DNA of 64,000 bases, from positions 93,126,001 to 93,190,000 of the forward strand of contig NC_086097.1 of assembly GCF_963921235.1 (NCBI RefSeq), written 5' to 3'. Positions 1 to 12,540 of the stretch are shown in pieces. Position numbers and translations under genes: made by a program. This stretch comes from Mobula hypostoma. Its lineage: Eukaryota. The number at the start of each line of letters is the position of its first letter. Position 1 is the stretch's first letter. The notes under the pieces are model-generated. The model saw only the letters and a list, made by a program, of their open reading frames with translations. It searched no databases and was not told the origin of the DNA.

Positions 1-399
1 ATCTGGAGAGTTACACTCAAAACACATTACTTTCAAAGTGACCAGCAGTGGCCCTCCTGCTTTGCTTTCCAGTTGGTCAAACGAAGAGAAGTTTCTAAAA
101 GGCCACAGCAGGGGTATAACTAACCCCTGATCAGCAAGGCAGGGGTAATAATTTTCCTGGTGCTGAGCAATGCAGTGGCTTACAGTAGGCGGTGAAGACC
201 ACAGCGAGTGAAGGCCAGCTTGCCTACGCTCAGGGTTCCAGCTGAGTAGCAAAAATGGTATTGACATCCCCTGAGGCAGGAGACCAACCTTTGCGAGGAG
301 CAGAAAACTCAGGAATGGTGCCTGTAATCAGCCCCAAACATGGGACTTTGGACAGACCGCCAGTGCCTATGTTAGGTGCTGCAGTGTGTGAATAAAGAC

Positions 400-550
400 A
401 AGAGATGCTGGCACTCCGGAGTAGAACACACAAAATGCTGGAGGACCTCGGCATCTATGAGCAGAGTAAAGAGTCGATGTTTTGGGCTCTTTATTCCTTG
501 CCATCGATGCTGCCTGACCTGCTGAGTTCCTCCAGCATTTTCTGCATGTG
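400..550. mobile_element. Old non-autonomous Penelope-derived fold-back element
   Basis: CACACAAAATGCTGGAGGA... and ...GATGCTGCCTGACCTGCTGAGTTCCTCCAGCATTTT are inverted copies resembling the PLE terminal sequence at 38030-38070 and 60075-60124. Confidence 0.65.
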
Positions 551-1109
551 AATAAAGTTGCATTTTTATTGGGATGGGACTGGTATCATTTTGTTTCTCT
601 CAAGTATAAAGAACCGGAGTAAAATTCATGTTAAAGGATGTAGGTTGAGCTGCTCAGAAAACTTGGAAGCACACCGGTTCAGACACCGACAGTGCAAGGG
701 ACTCCTTGTTCAATCGCTCGTTCCTCCACGCCTCCAACGGGGAACACTCGGAAGTCAGCTGTTCTGCCAGAAGAGGGCTCTGCAGGCTGCGGACATTGGC
801 GAAGAGTCCTGTGCCCAGCTTCTCCTCACAGCTCAGCCTTGAACTGGCTGAGGGCAAAGCACAGTCAGACACTGACAGCAACAGATAGGAGATGAATCTG
901 TGCAGCCAGATTGGCTTTATCAAATGTTCCTTTGGCTCCTGCTAATAAAAGGAATAAAACACAGACATCCGCAGAAGTTTAGTAATAGAGCAAGTGAGTT
1001 ATGTGTTCATGTGGGTGTCATTGTGTACTGTCTGTGCCTTTTGTAGAAGGAAGATTAAGGGGGATTAGTTGAACTTAAAATGGGAAGAGGAGTGTATAGG
1101 TACAGCATA

Positions 1110-1605
1110 CAACATAGAGAAAAACAGCATAGGAAAGTCCATTTGCCAACCATGATGTCAATCTAAAACAATGCCATTGGTCTATAACACTATCCCCTGC
1201 TTGCTCATGTGTCTGTTTAAATACTTCTTAAATGTTATCTTATCTGCTTCCACCACCATCCCTGGCAGCCTGTTCCAGACACCTCTGCCGCTCTCCATGT
1301 GGGGAAAAAATACTTGCTCCATAAATCTCCTTTAAACTTTCCCCTCTCTCGCCGTAAAACTTGCCCTCTTTTATCTGACATTTCCACACCAGGGAAAGAC
1401 TCTACCTATCCTATCTGTGTCTCATAGTTTTATAAACTTCTCTCAGGTCACCCCTCAGTCTCTGATGCTCCAGAAAAAACTACTGTATCCAAGCCTGTTC
1501 AACCTCTCCTTTTGGCTAATACTCTCTAATCTAGGCAACCTCCTAGTGAACCTTCTGTAAGCCTGCTAGTTCCATCCTGTAGTGCAGCGACCGGAGCTGT
1601 ACACG
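1110..1605 (-). mobile_element. Degenerate CR1 LINE 3' fragment
   Basis: Diverged similarity to CR1 3' ends elsewhere in the window (GTCACCCCTCAGTCTCTGATGCTCCAG, GGCAACCTCCTAGTGAACC). Confidence 0.55.
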
Positions 1606-2505
1606 ATATAAGACATTGCAGCAGAATTAGGCCATTCAGCCCATCGAGTCTGCTGCACCATTTGATCATGGCTGATTCATTTCCCTCTCCATCCCATTCT
1701 GCTGCCTTCTCCCGTAATCTTTCATGCCCTGACTCATCAAGAATTTATCAACCTCTGTTTCAAATACATACAATGACCTGGCCTCCATAGCTGCCTGTGG
1801 CAAGGAATTCCACAGATTCACCACACTCTGCCCAAAGAAATTCCTCCTCATCTCTGTTCTAGATGGATGTCCCTTTATTCTGGTCCTAGATTCCCCCCCC
1901 CCCCACCCACCCCATCAAAGAAAACATCCTCTTCACATCCACTCTATCAAGGCCTTTTAACATTCAATAGGTTTCGACGAAATCACCCCTCATTCTTCTA
2001 AATTCCAGCAAGTAGAGGTCCAGAGACCTCAAGTTCTCCTCTTGTAACAAGCCTTTCAATCCCAGAATCATTTTTGTGAACCTCCTTTGAACACTCTTCA
2101 GTTTCAGCACATTCTTTCTAAGATAACGGGCCCAAAACTGCTCACAATACTCCAAGCGAGGCCTCACTTTATAAAGCCTCAGCATTACACTCTTGCTCTT
2201 ATATTCTATTCCTCTTGAAATGAATGTTAACATTGCATTTGCTCCTCACCACAGACTCAACCTGGAAATTAACCTTTAGGAAATCCTGAACAAGGACTCC
2301 CAAATCCCTTTGTTCCTCAAATTTTGTAATTTTCTCTCCGTTTAGAAAATAGGCAACACTTTTATTTCTTCTAGCAAAGTTCATGACCATACACTTCCTG
2401 ACACAGTATTCCATCTGCCACTTCTATACCCATTCCCCTAATCTGTCTGAGTGCTTCTGTAGTCTCCCTGCTTCCCCAATGCTACCCGGCCCTCCTCCCA
2501 TCTTC
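1606..2505 (-). mobile_element. CR1 LINE 3' fragment (RT C-terminus and 3' UTR)
   Basis: ORF remnants VRPRLEYCEQFW, VQRRFTKMI and NFFGQSVVNLWNSLP; 3' hairpin region GGCCATTCAGCCCATCGAG. Confidence 0.9.
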
Positions 2506-2964
2506 AATTCCAGGTACAGCCAAGTACAGGTAGAGAGAGATAAAAGTTGGGAAATTTAGGCAAACTATTTTCTTTTGTGAGCTGATCCAGAACATAAGGG
2601 CTTGATTTAGAAATCAGAGCCAGCCTCGGATTCAATATACCGACCACGTGGAGCCATACCCCTCAAGTATGGGGGAGCGAAGCTAAGATAATCTGCTGGG
2701 TGGCGGGGGAGGGGGGCGCGAAGGTGTACGGTTACCTGAGGTGAACTATAGTTTAGCTGTAATCAGTGACTGGTGGGTTAGGATTGATGCTGTAGGGCTG
2801 TGCTGTGGCAGCTGGGTAATGACTGAATCAATTGGATGTGCCATCAGTGCTTCGCTAAAAGGCCCTTCCTGCAGATCCTGGACAGCTGGACTCTCAGTCC
2901 CACCATCAGCACTGGCTTGAGGTGGATAAGCCAACCAGGGAGGTTAACAACAAGGAAGGTGATT

Positions 2965-3390
2965 CGGTGTTTCATCCCGAGCAGCTGCACAAAGCTGGAC
3001 TCCGTGCTCACTGGGCCGTTCCCATGGTCACACACTGAGACAAAGTTTAGGTGCTGCTGTAGGGTCATCGCTTGGTGGAAGCTGCTGTGTGGTCTGACTG
3101 AAACGTGTTGCTTTCCCAGTGCAAGGTGATGCCTGTCAGGGAATGTCGCCGACTGGCGCGTTTCTGGGTGCGGACGTAGGCCTTGAGGGAAACACTGAAG
3201 CTCGGTGCAGCCAATGGAGGGGCTGGGTCCTGTGTAACAACCTCACAAACTCAACACTGAAGGAATGTCTGGGACAATAACATTGAAAACATGTCAATAT
3301 TTAAGTAAGTCCCTAGTACATTGATTGAAAACAATGCTATGAAATCTACTAAGTGAATATATATTATGAATGAAGTATACTTTTAAAATA
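2965..3390 (+). mobile_element. Tx1/L1-like LINE 3' fragment
   Basis: Remnant FIPSSCTKLDSVLTGPFPWSHTET...CCC followed by a frameshifted ..LKLGAA, resembling the Tx1 ORF2 C-terminus as I recall it; AT-rich 3' UTR. Confidence 0.6.
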
Positions 3391-3444
3391 GAGGCTATTT
3401 TGCATATAGTTATGGAGTAGTACATATACTCCCATTTACAACAA

Positions 3445-4150
3445 CAGTGCAGAGGTTGAGAGTCTCAACTTCCTAGGCGTGAAAATCACCAATTCTCTGT
3501 CCTGATCCAGCCACGTAGAGATCATGGCCAAGAGAGCTCACACAGCGCCTCTACTTCCTCAGGACACTATAGAAATTTGGCACATTCGCTTTGACTCTCA
3601 CCTGATCTTTATTGATGCACCATGAAGAGCATCCCATCTCAATAGATCATGGCTTGGTGTGGCACATGATCGTAAGAGACTGCAGAGATTTGATGCCACA
3701 GCTCATTACATCACAGAAACGAGCCTCCCCTCCATAGACTGTCTATACTTCTTGCTACCTCAGAAAAGCAGCCAATTTAACCAAAGATCTCACCTGGACA
3801 GACTCTCTTCTCCTCCCTCCAAAGGAAAGCCTTACAGAAGATTAAAAAAGCTTGTCCCACCAAGCTCAAGGACAGCTTCTATCCCACTGTTATAAAAATA
3901 TTGAATGGTTCCCTAGTATACTATAATGGCCCCTTGACCCCACAATGATCTTTTTGTGACCTTGCACCTTCCTGCCCACCTGTACTGCACTCTCCCTGTA
4001 CTGTAACACTTCATTCTGCACTTTGTTACTGTAATTCCCTGTACTACCTCAGTAGATTGGTAATGAACTGATCTCTTTGGACGACGTGGAAGATAAGCTT
4101 TCCACTATCTTGGTGCATGTGACAACAATACACCACTTTACAATTTACCA
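3445..4150 (+). mobile_element. Rex1/Babar LINE 3' fragment
   Basis: Decayed VESLNFLGVKITNSLS*SSH..MAKRAH.RLYFLR, homologous to ORF 31972-32508; tail ACAATACCACTTTACAATTTAC. Confidence 0.8.
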
Positions 4151-4584
4151 CTTTGCTCTCCGCTGCCTCCGGTCTTGTGTGACAGGCTGATCCCAAGCTG
4201 ATACGTTCAGCTACGTTAAGAGCAAGCACTCACACAGAGCTGATCACATCTTAGCATGTCCCAAGGCAATTCACAACCGATCAAGTGGTTCTGAAGAACA
4301 GGCTCAGAGTGAGCTCCCTTGTCCCCAAGTGGCCTGGCAGGAGGCAAACAAATGAGGAAAATAACAGTGTGCCATGACCTCACCTTTTTTCCAAGTTACA
4401 TTCTACCTGTATCATCATTTGATATAGGGGTGGGGTGCGACTGAACAGGATCAAAATAAGCTGCCGGGAGCTGTAAACTCAGTCAGCCCCATCATGGGCA
4501 ATAGCCTCCGTAGTATCCAAGACAGCTTCCATGAGCGGTGCCTCTAAAAGGTGACGCCCATCATTAAGTACAGGTCCTCTCCAG

Positions 4585-4700
4585 GTTCTTCCTCTTCTTC
4601 TCCGTCTTGTTTTACGGCGGTTGGCACCCAGCTTAATGGTGCATTACCGCCACCTTCTGCTCCGGAGTGTGCAATAGACTTGCATTCCAAATCCCTTCAC
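4585..4700 (-). mobile_element. Nimb/I-group LINE 3' end
   Basis: Minus strand reads CACACTCCGGAGCAGAAGGTGGCGGTAATGCACC...GCCAACCGCC...AGAAGAGGAAGAA, matching the fish Nimb 3' terminal motif as I recall it. Confidence 0.55.
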
Positions 4701-4712
4701 CCAGTCAGTCAG

Positions 4713-5032
4713 TCTCTCCTCCCCCACCTTCCTCCCTCTCCCCCCCCTTCCTCCCTCTCCCCCCCCTTCCTCCCTCTCCCCCTCTCCCCCCTCTCCCCCC
4801 TCTCCCCCCTCTCCCCCCTCTCCCCCCCCTCCCCCTCCTCCCCCCTCTCCCCCCTCTCCCCCCCTCCCCCTCCTCCCCCCTCTCCCCCCTCTCCCCCCTC
4901 TCCCCCTCCTCCCCCCTCCTCCCCTTCTCCCCTCCCCCTCCTCCCCCTCTCTCCCCTTCCCCTTCCCCTCTCTCTCTCTCTCTCTCTCCCCTTCCCCCCT
5001 CTCCCTTCCTCTCTGCCTCTCTCCTTCCCTCC
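4713..5032. repeat. C/T-rich low-complexity tract, (CCCCCTCTC)n-like with (CT)n
   Basis: About 320 bp almost purely pyrimidine on the + strand. Confidence 0.95.
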
Positions 5033-7472
5033 ATTCATTTCATGAAAGCTTATGGAACCTTTTAGAGGGCCATTTCTAAAGGTCAATAATGAAGTTGAGC
5101 TGTATTTCTCGGGGGGGGGGGGTTTACACACTCCTCACTGTGAAGTCAATACATAATTCAGATGGATATGAATGACATCATTGTGTGCATAACCCCAGTC
5201 TCCAGCACCACTACTTTATCACTTCCTGTCACAGTCACCTTATGTACTCCTGCTCTAGCGACACTTTATGTATGTGCAGTCTATGTATATAAGCTAATCG
5301 TATGTATATTTATTGTTTTTATATATGGTGTTCTTCATGCATATTGTGCTTTTTCTTTGCTACATCGGGTCCTAAGTAACAATCATTTCATTCTCCTTTA
5401 CACTTGTGCACTGACGAATGGCAATAAGCAATCTTGAAACTCGATTCTTGAATAAGTGAAAACCTGTAATTATAAGATGTTCCTTGACAGATAGAATACA
5501 AACCGAATAGTCAGACTGCAAGGAGTAGTGAGGAACAGGGACCCTGGGGTACATGTCCAAAGATCTCTGAAGGTGGTAAGATGGTGAAGATGTCGTTTAA
5601 AATATAGATGGTAGGTTAGGGAACACTGTGGGTAAGCCAGCCTCAGTCTGTGCTTCGAAGGCAACTGCGCTTCCTCCGCAATAATGCAACTTTCTATAAG
5701 GTGGTGTTTCTGTTGTGTCTGTGCACAACTACATACATAATAAAATAAAAGCACGCACGCGGGAGATGGCTTTAACCGGTGTTCACATTGCAACGAGAGA
5801 GACAAAGAGAACAATGCACATACATAGACGACCGATCAATATGAAGTGCTGGGGGGGGGGGGAATCACTGCTATAAAAGAAATAGATCCATACATTACAC
5901 TGCCTCCCCCTTTAGATTAATGCAACATAAAACTGTGTATGTACAAAACATTCAATTTCCCTTTCGTAAACCCATATTCCAAATAGGCACGCTTTCACAT
6001 TAACAGTCCATCACTAACTTCACAGTTCTAAAGATTCAGTCTTTTGGGTGGCTTTCTGTTTCTTTCGGGATAGCACTTCTGGACCGGTGGAGTGCCATCA
6101 GGTTTGGTAGGTGTCTTGTCTAAGACAACACCTTTGGTTTCCTGTGTCACATTGCTGTCAGTGGCATCATCACTGAGAGGAAAGTCTGGTGACTGTAATG
6201 TGTCCGTCTTGTTAGATGCAGTCGACTCAGCTGTGTTCTTCGGCTGAGCATCCAGTATCTGGTCCACATGACGTCTCCGTGTCTGATCTCCAACATCCAC
6301 TGTGTACATCAGTGGTCTGGTTCTTGTAGCTATCCTACCGGGTATGCACTTGTTTTCTCGGTAATCACGCGGTACGACTTCCTGTTCAATCTCAAAACTC
6401 CAAGCTGCTGAACTGTTTATTCTGCACTTCCCTCTGTAGGTCTGGTTTCAGAAGATCTATACAAGATCTCAGATTCCTGTTCATGAACAGCATTGCAGGT
6501 GTTTGATTTGTCATCGCATGAACAGAGCTCTGATGCACAAAAAGGAAGTTGTCCACCTTGTGCCGTAGAGAAATGCCCTCCTTGTCCATCACTTTAATGG
6601 ACTTGACGGTTTGGATAAACCTTTCTGCTAAGCCATTCATTGCTGGGTGGTGAGGAGCTGACTTGAAATGTTTGATGCCATTTTGCTTCATGAACAGTCA
6701 GAACTCTTCTGATGTATATTGTTGTCCATTGTCACTGACAATTTGTTCTGATACGCCACTTCTGGTGAAGATAGTCCTCAGCGTGGAGACAGTCTTTTCA
6801 GAGGAGGTTGACCATTTGTATGACCTCCGGCCACTTTGAATGAGCATCCACAGCAATCAGAAACGTGGAGTCCAGAATGGCCCAGCGAAGTTAATAATGT
6901 TCTCTTTGCCATGGTGATGACCACTCCCACAGGTGAAACAGTGCCTGTGGAGATGCAGTTTGAACTTTTTGCCATCCCAAACAGCTTTTGGCCAAGTCTT
7001 CGATCTGCTTATCTATTCCTAGCTATCACGCATAGCTCCAGGCAAGACTCTTCATCTTTACTGTACCCAGGTGTCCTTCACACAGATTCTCTAACACTCT
7101 GGTGCACAGTTTAGAGGGAAACACAACAGGAGATTCACACGTCAGCGTTCTCTGACAGTTCTCTCATCTCACTGAGAACTCTGGAAACATAGGGTTACCA
7201 TGAGCTGGTCATTCTTGCATGGTGATGTCATAAACTTTTGACAATGTCGGGTCATTCCTCGTTTCTCTTTGTATTTCCGAATTTGTTACTGGTAAATGGT
7301 CCACCAATGCAGTGTGGAACACTTCTGGGTCACAGTATGAAGACTTTTCTTCTTCAGTTGCCAGTAATGGAAGACCTGACAAGCCATCAGCATTGCTGTG
7401 TTGTCTGGTATCCTTGAACTCTACGTCATAGAGTGGGCTGCTAGGAAAAGTGACCAACATTGTAACTGGGTA

Positions 7473-7720
7473 ACACTTTCAGTACGCTGGATGAACTCAG
7501 TAGGTTGGGCAGCATCAGTTAGAAACGATGAGTGGACGTTTCAGGCCAGAACCCTTCGTCAGGACTAAAGAATGAAAGATGGGGAAGGATTTGAAGAATG
7601 CTTGTAGCTTCAGTTGAAAGACCAGTAATTTGAAAGAAAAAGGGGTGGGGGAGGGGAAGTATTGAGGTCATAGCCCTGAAAACAATGGGTAGTAGAAGAA
7701 GGAGGCGGAACTGGGTAGTA
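7473..7720 (-). mobile_element. PLE terminal-repeat fragment with hammerhead motif, inserted in Gypsy RNase H
   Basis: 14-bp TSD ATTGTAACTGGGTA (7459-7472, 7721-7734); hammerhead core at 7531-7566. Confidence 0.85.
7531..7566 (-). ncRNA. Minimal type-I hammerhead ribozyme motif (stem I mismatch)
   Basis: AGTC-CTGACGA-A-GGGT TCTG GCCT-GAAAC-GTC-CACT. Confidence 0.7.
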
Positions 7721-9071
7721 ATTGTAACTGGGTAGCAGTCATCACTGCAATTCTCTTCCTGGGATTGAAAATGGACTCAAGGGACTGGTGATCTGTCACT
7801 AGTGTAAACTTTTGTCTGTAGAAATAGTGGTGGAACTCCCCATACTAGGCTAGGGGCCTCTTGGTTGATCTGTGCCTAGTTGTGTTCTGCGCTCATCAGT
7901 GATCTTGATGCAAACGCAAATCCAGTTGGATGTTCAAATCTGACTTTCACAACATGTGACAAAATGGCCCCAATGCCACAAGGGATGCATCACATGCCAG
8001 TCTGATGGACAGAGATGGGTCATAACGGGTGCAGAGTTCATCTGATGTTATTAGTCTCTTTGTTTCCTTGAATGTTTTTTCACATCTTTCTGACCATTCC
8101 CACTGTGCTCCTGTCTGTAACAGAGCATTCAATGGATGCAGCAGTGTAGCAATGTTTGAGAAAAACCAGTGGTAGTAGTTTACAGGGCCCAAGTATGACC
8201 TGAGTTGTGCCACATTTTCTGGTTTGGGTGCCTGTAGCACTGCTTCAATCTTCTCTTGTGACTGACGTAAGCCATACTTGTCAATGACATGTCCACAATA
8301 CAGTATGAGATTTCATTCTTGAAAAACTCACACTTCTCTCTCTTTAAGTTAACCAATCCCCTGCTCAAACACCTCCTCATTAGCATTAAGCAGCTGTGAC
8401 AGTCTCTGGTTAGTCCTACCATTTGTGCTGTCTTTGCCTGCTGATGTCACACTGACAGCTTTGATTGAGTGCCAGTCTAGTTAAATTTTTCTCAACCATT
8501 CACATCCAAAAAATGCTGGCCCTCCACTTTTCAACACATAAAGCTCTAACTTCTGTGTTTGACCTCCAAACATCACATTGACTTTCAGTTTGCCTTTGGG
8601 GGACACGTTTTTTTAGCATCACTGAGATTTTCTCCAATAGTAACTTAGAATACAGTCTTTTGTAGTCAGCTTCTGGAATTATGGACAAAGCTGGTCCTGT
8701 ATCCAGCTCCAGGCCCATTGTCAGTTTCACACCAGACACACCTATTGCGATCAGCTTCAGTAATACTATGCAGCTCTAGACATGATAGTTCACCTTTATC
8801 AGACTCTATGTTGTCTGATTCTGTTTTACATTCGGTAACTTTATGCATTTGCTTAGTTTTGTGTTTGAGACTTTTCACTTAGTTGTGCTTTCTGTCTGCC
8901 TTTTACATTCTCTCTATGTAAGCATGCGTTTGTTGGGCCCTATGACGGCCTTCTCAGTACTGTTCAACTCTCGCTGTTTCGTCCCATGATTGTACCATAG
9001 TACAGTCCGTGATATTTTCTGAAATTCAGGTTCTACTCATTACCAATTTGTTGTCTGTGCACAACTACATA

Positions 9072-9240
9072 CAGGGCCTATAAAAAGTATTCACCCCCCC
9101 CCCTTGGAAGTTTTAATATTTGATTGTTTCACAATATTAAATCATAGTGGATTTAATTTGGCTTTTTTGACATTGATCAACAGAAAAAGACTCTTAGAAG
9201 AAAACTTTTAAGGGGGGGTGAAAACTTTTTATAGGCACTG
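9072..9240. mobile_element. Tc1/mariner-type MITE inserted in the Gypsy 5' LTR
   Basis: TIRs CAG(G/T)GCCTATAAAAAGT(A/T)TTCACCCCCCC; TA TSD (9070-9071, 9241-9242); absent from the sister LTR. Confidence 0.92.
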
Positions 9241-9439
9241 TATATATTAAATAAATGCATGCACACACACAGGAGATGGCTTTAACTAGGGTATTGACAT
9301 TGCAGTGAGAGAGAGAGAATGAGAAAAATACACAAGCAGATAACAGAACAATACATCGTGCTAAGGGGGGTCTTTGCTCTAAAAGAAATAGATCTATACA
9401 TTACAGTTTCTTAGGAACATTATTATAGCATAACTGCTG

Positions 9440-9995
9440 GTACTTATCTTCATTGACCAATGCATAGAGTGTAAGAGGGAAGTTATGCTAGAACTTTGTA
9501 GAGCACTACAACAACAGGAGTTAGGCTGCACCGTAAGTACGGACTACGGCTCTGGGTCACCCGGCTGTAGGAAAGATGTGACTGCAAAGGAGAGAGTACA
9601 GAGGAGATTCAGCAACATATTGCCTGGAATGGAGCGCTGTAAGAGGAGATTGCTTAGGCTGCAGTTGTTTTATTTGGAGTAGAGGAGGGTGGGGGGGGGG
9701 GTGTTGCTTATAGAGATGTACAAAAATGTGTCTATAACCAAAAGGCAGAGGTCTGGGGAAAGGTGGAGGAGACTTAGAGGAAGATTCTTTTTTCTCTTGG
9801 TGAAGGTTCAAATCTGGAACAAGCTACCCAAGGGTGGAAGCAGCTGCACTCATAACATTGAAGAAGTACCTAGGAGAGTGCTTGAGGTACCAAGTCACAG
9901 AGGCTACAGAGCCACGTGCTAAGAAATGGGATCGATGGGGATTAGTAAATGATTGACAGACACAGAGGCCTGAAAAACCTGTTTCCACACTGTGT
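9440..9995 (+). mobile_element. Old CR1 3' fragment (upstream part at about 5530-5590)
   Basis: Remnant RKDVTAKERVQRRFSNILPGME. Confidence 0.7.
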
Positions 9996-10089
9996 GGCTC
10001 TGGAAGTGCAAAGTGCACACCCTTGTCGTGAAGGTCCTGTTCCCTGCATATATAATTACAATTGGAACCAATCAGAGCTCCCAACGGAA

Positions 10090-10560
10090 TCACATACACA
10101 AGATGCTGGGAAATCTCAGCAGGTCAGGCAGCACTTACATCAATGTTTCAAGCCAAAACCCTTCATCAGAACTGGAAAGCAAGGGGGCAGAAGTCAGAAT
10201 AAGAAAGTTGGGGGAGGGGGAGGAGCGAGACCAGGTGAGGGGGAATGTGCTTAGGTAGCCGAGGGAGGGGAGGTGATGTCAGAAGCTGTGAGATAATAGG
10301 CAGAGGAGGTAAAGGACTGAAGAAAGAGGAATCTAATAGGAGAGGACAGTGGACCATGGAATAAGGGAAGGAGATGGGAAATTAGAAGGAGGTGATGAAC
10401 CCCTCCACACACCTTGTAATTCCCCCTTCCTTTCCAATCTTAATGAAGGACATTGGCCTGTTTATTCTCCTCCATTGACACTGCCTGACTTGCTGAGTTC
10501 CTCCAGCATTTAGTGTATGTTGCTCAGGATTTCCAGTATCTTCAGAATCTTTTGCGTTCC
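10090..10560. mobile_element. Old PLE-derived fold-back element with degenerate hammerhead
   Basis: Inverted ends GATGCTGGGAAATCTCAGCAGGTCAGGCAG / CTGCCTGACTTGCTGAGTTCCTCCAGCAT; minus-strand CTGATGAAGGGTTTTGGCTTGAAACATT at 10138-10173. Confidence 0.75.
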
Positions 10561-12540
10561 AACACAGTGAATTATCCGTTGCAAGTAGCATTACAGTTAG
10601 AACATAAAAATAGAGGCAGGAGTAAACCACTTGGCCCCTTCTGCCTGCACCTCCGTTCAATAAACTCACGGATGCTCTTTCATTATTCACACCATTTTCT
10701 AGCACAAGTCTATAATTTGAAATATCTGTTACATTCATTGCCATTGATGTTTAGAGCAGTAAATCCCTTCAGAAAGGCAGATAATTCAAGATGCAAACAG
10801 CCTGGAGGTAATGGAATGACAAAGTTTTCTAGAGTGCATTTGATAGCTACGCTTGTTCATCCTCCCAAAATCAACTTAATGATATGTTGCTATAGAGACT
10901 GATGCTGCGGTTTCAGTGATGGTTACTACGAAGGTCCTTTATAAAGCTTGGCTATTGAGTTTTCAGAGTAAGTGCTTAAGCAGGAACAACTTGAAAATTA
11001 TTGGGCGCAAAGATCAAACAGCTTCTGGCTTTTCAATATCGCCGTAGTTTTGTTTAGACAATTTTAATACAAAAAGCAATTTAATATCATACGGCACTAT
11101 TAAATCTGAAAAATAAACTCTTGTAAACTCTACATCAAATTATATAAGCCACAGGGCATTCAGAGTGATTCCTTTTGAAGAACAGCAGATTGCGTATTGC
11201 ACAGAGACGTGGCAAGCAACTCAAATTACAGGAAAAGCCCTCCCTCATAGAGAGGTCCCTGACTTAGGTTGCTTCGTTTGAGGAAGAATTTTGGACAACA
11301 AGGTCTGGTTTGGAGTCTGCGCTCGTCAAGATCTGGGTACATTTACCACCAAGATGTAGGAAAGGTGGCACAGTATGGTCCCACAAGCAACTCAAAGATG
11401 GATCACTTATTTTTAGCAATGATGCATAAGGGGTAATTTTTGTTCTCCCATTCTTCAAAACAGTTTGTCTGAGAGTGAAGGTGGAACTTACACAAAGGAT
11501 CTCTGTACAAGATGGCCAATGATCTGGATCATATCCTTAATTCTCTGAAACAGGACTTGAACCCATGGCCTCCTGAGAGTGTTACTGAAGAAACTAATGA
11601 TCTCAAGCCATTGCACACTTGGTCATTACAGAGGATAACTTGCCCGTGTCCCAGAATTGTTCTGATGATCCATTTATACCCACTGTCTGATGGCCAGGTC
11701 TCAGTCCGTGCATGTATATTAGCCCAACTCCATGTGCTCTAAACCACAGTGTTCATCTGATCCGAAAATCTATTTGCATCATATCCACTGATTCCCTCTT
11801 ATCTGTTCTACTTTCTTAAATGATTCCAGTGGATTTCAGTTTCAGGAATCCATGCTGACCCCACTAAATCCAATTCTTTAAAAGTTCTTCTGTAATTATA
11901 TCCCTAAATATAGATTCCACCTTTTTCCCTAACACTTACATTAGGCTAAGGGTTTCTGGTCCAAGTCGAAGGCGCTAACCCTGTTAAAGCATTCGCTCTG
12001 CTCTCTCTCCACAGATGCCGCCTGACCTGATAAATTCCAGCATTTTCCACGTTTATTCAGGTTTCCAGCAAATGTAGTTGTTTTGATGTTCATCTCTTGC
12101 TCTCCCTCAAGTCATCCATGGGATAATTTCTCTCCATCTAGAAGAAGAATTTAATATTGTTACCAGCACTGCAGCACCATTCCCTCCTCTCCATATACCG
12201 GCCTAGATTCTGGGTGCAGTGTTGTAGATATGCAGACAAGTGCCAGATGATAGAGTGGATCCAATCTTTCTGTTGTTCTCTGAGTAAAATTGAGTCTGCT
12301 TTGAAGTTGGGTCCGATGACGTAAAGGGCAGAACTTGATACAGGGTTTCGACCCAAAATTTCACCAATTCCTCTCCTCCCACTGATGCTGCTCAGTGGTT
12401 CAAAGATTCATTTTATTATTAGTAAAGTACTTATGCAGAATACAACTCTAAAATTTGACTCCTCCAGATAGCCATAGAACTCAACAAGCTGTGTCCTTCT
12501 GGCAGACTGTTTGTTGTTGCAGATCCCTCGGTCTCCATGA

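Larger units (their letters stand above)
5711..9405 (-). mobile_element. Decayed Gypsy LTR retrotransposon with internal deletions
   Basis: LTRs 5711-5899 and 9049-9405 (TG..CA); 5-bp TSD GTTTC (5706-5710, 9406-9410); PPT AAAGGGGGAGGCAG at 5900-5913; decayed PBS TGGTAATGAG; remnants of protease (LELDTGPALSII), RT/RNase H (LRSYLG, LACDAS, HSNADGLS) and integrase (SAPHHPAMNGLAERF). Confidence 0.93.

Noticed and set aside
4551..5131. Pro-rich and Gly/Arg/Glu-rich ORFs
   Set aside because: They are translations of the low-complexity C/T tract in several frames.
10560..11950. Host exons in unique-looking DNA (also 25000-25850 and 60440-61650)
   Set aside because: No recognisable protein similarity or convincing splice-site pairs by eye; small exons cannot be excluded without alignment.
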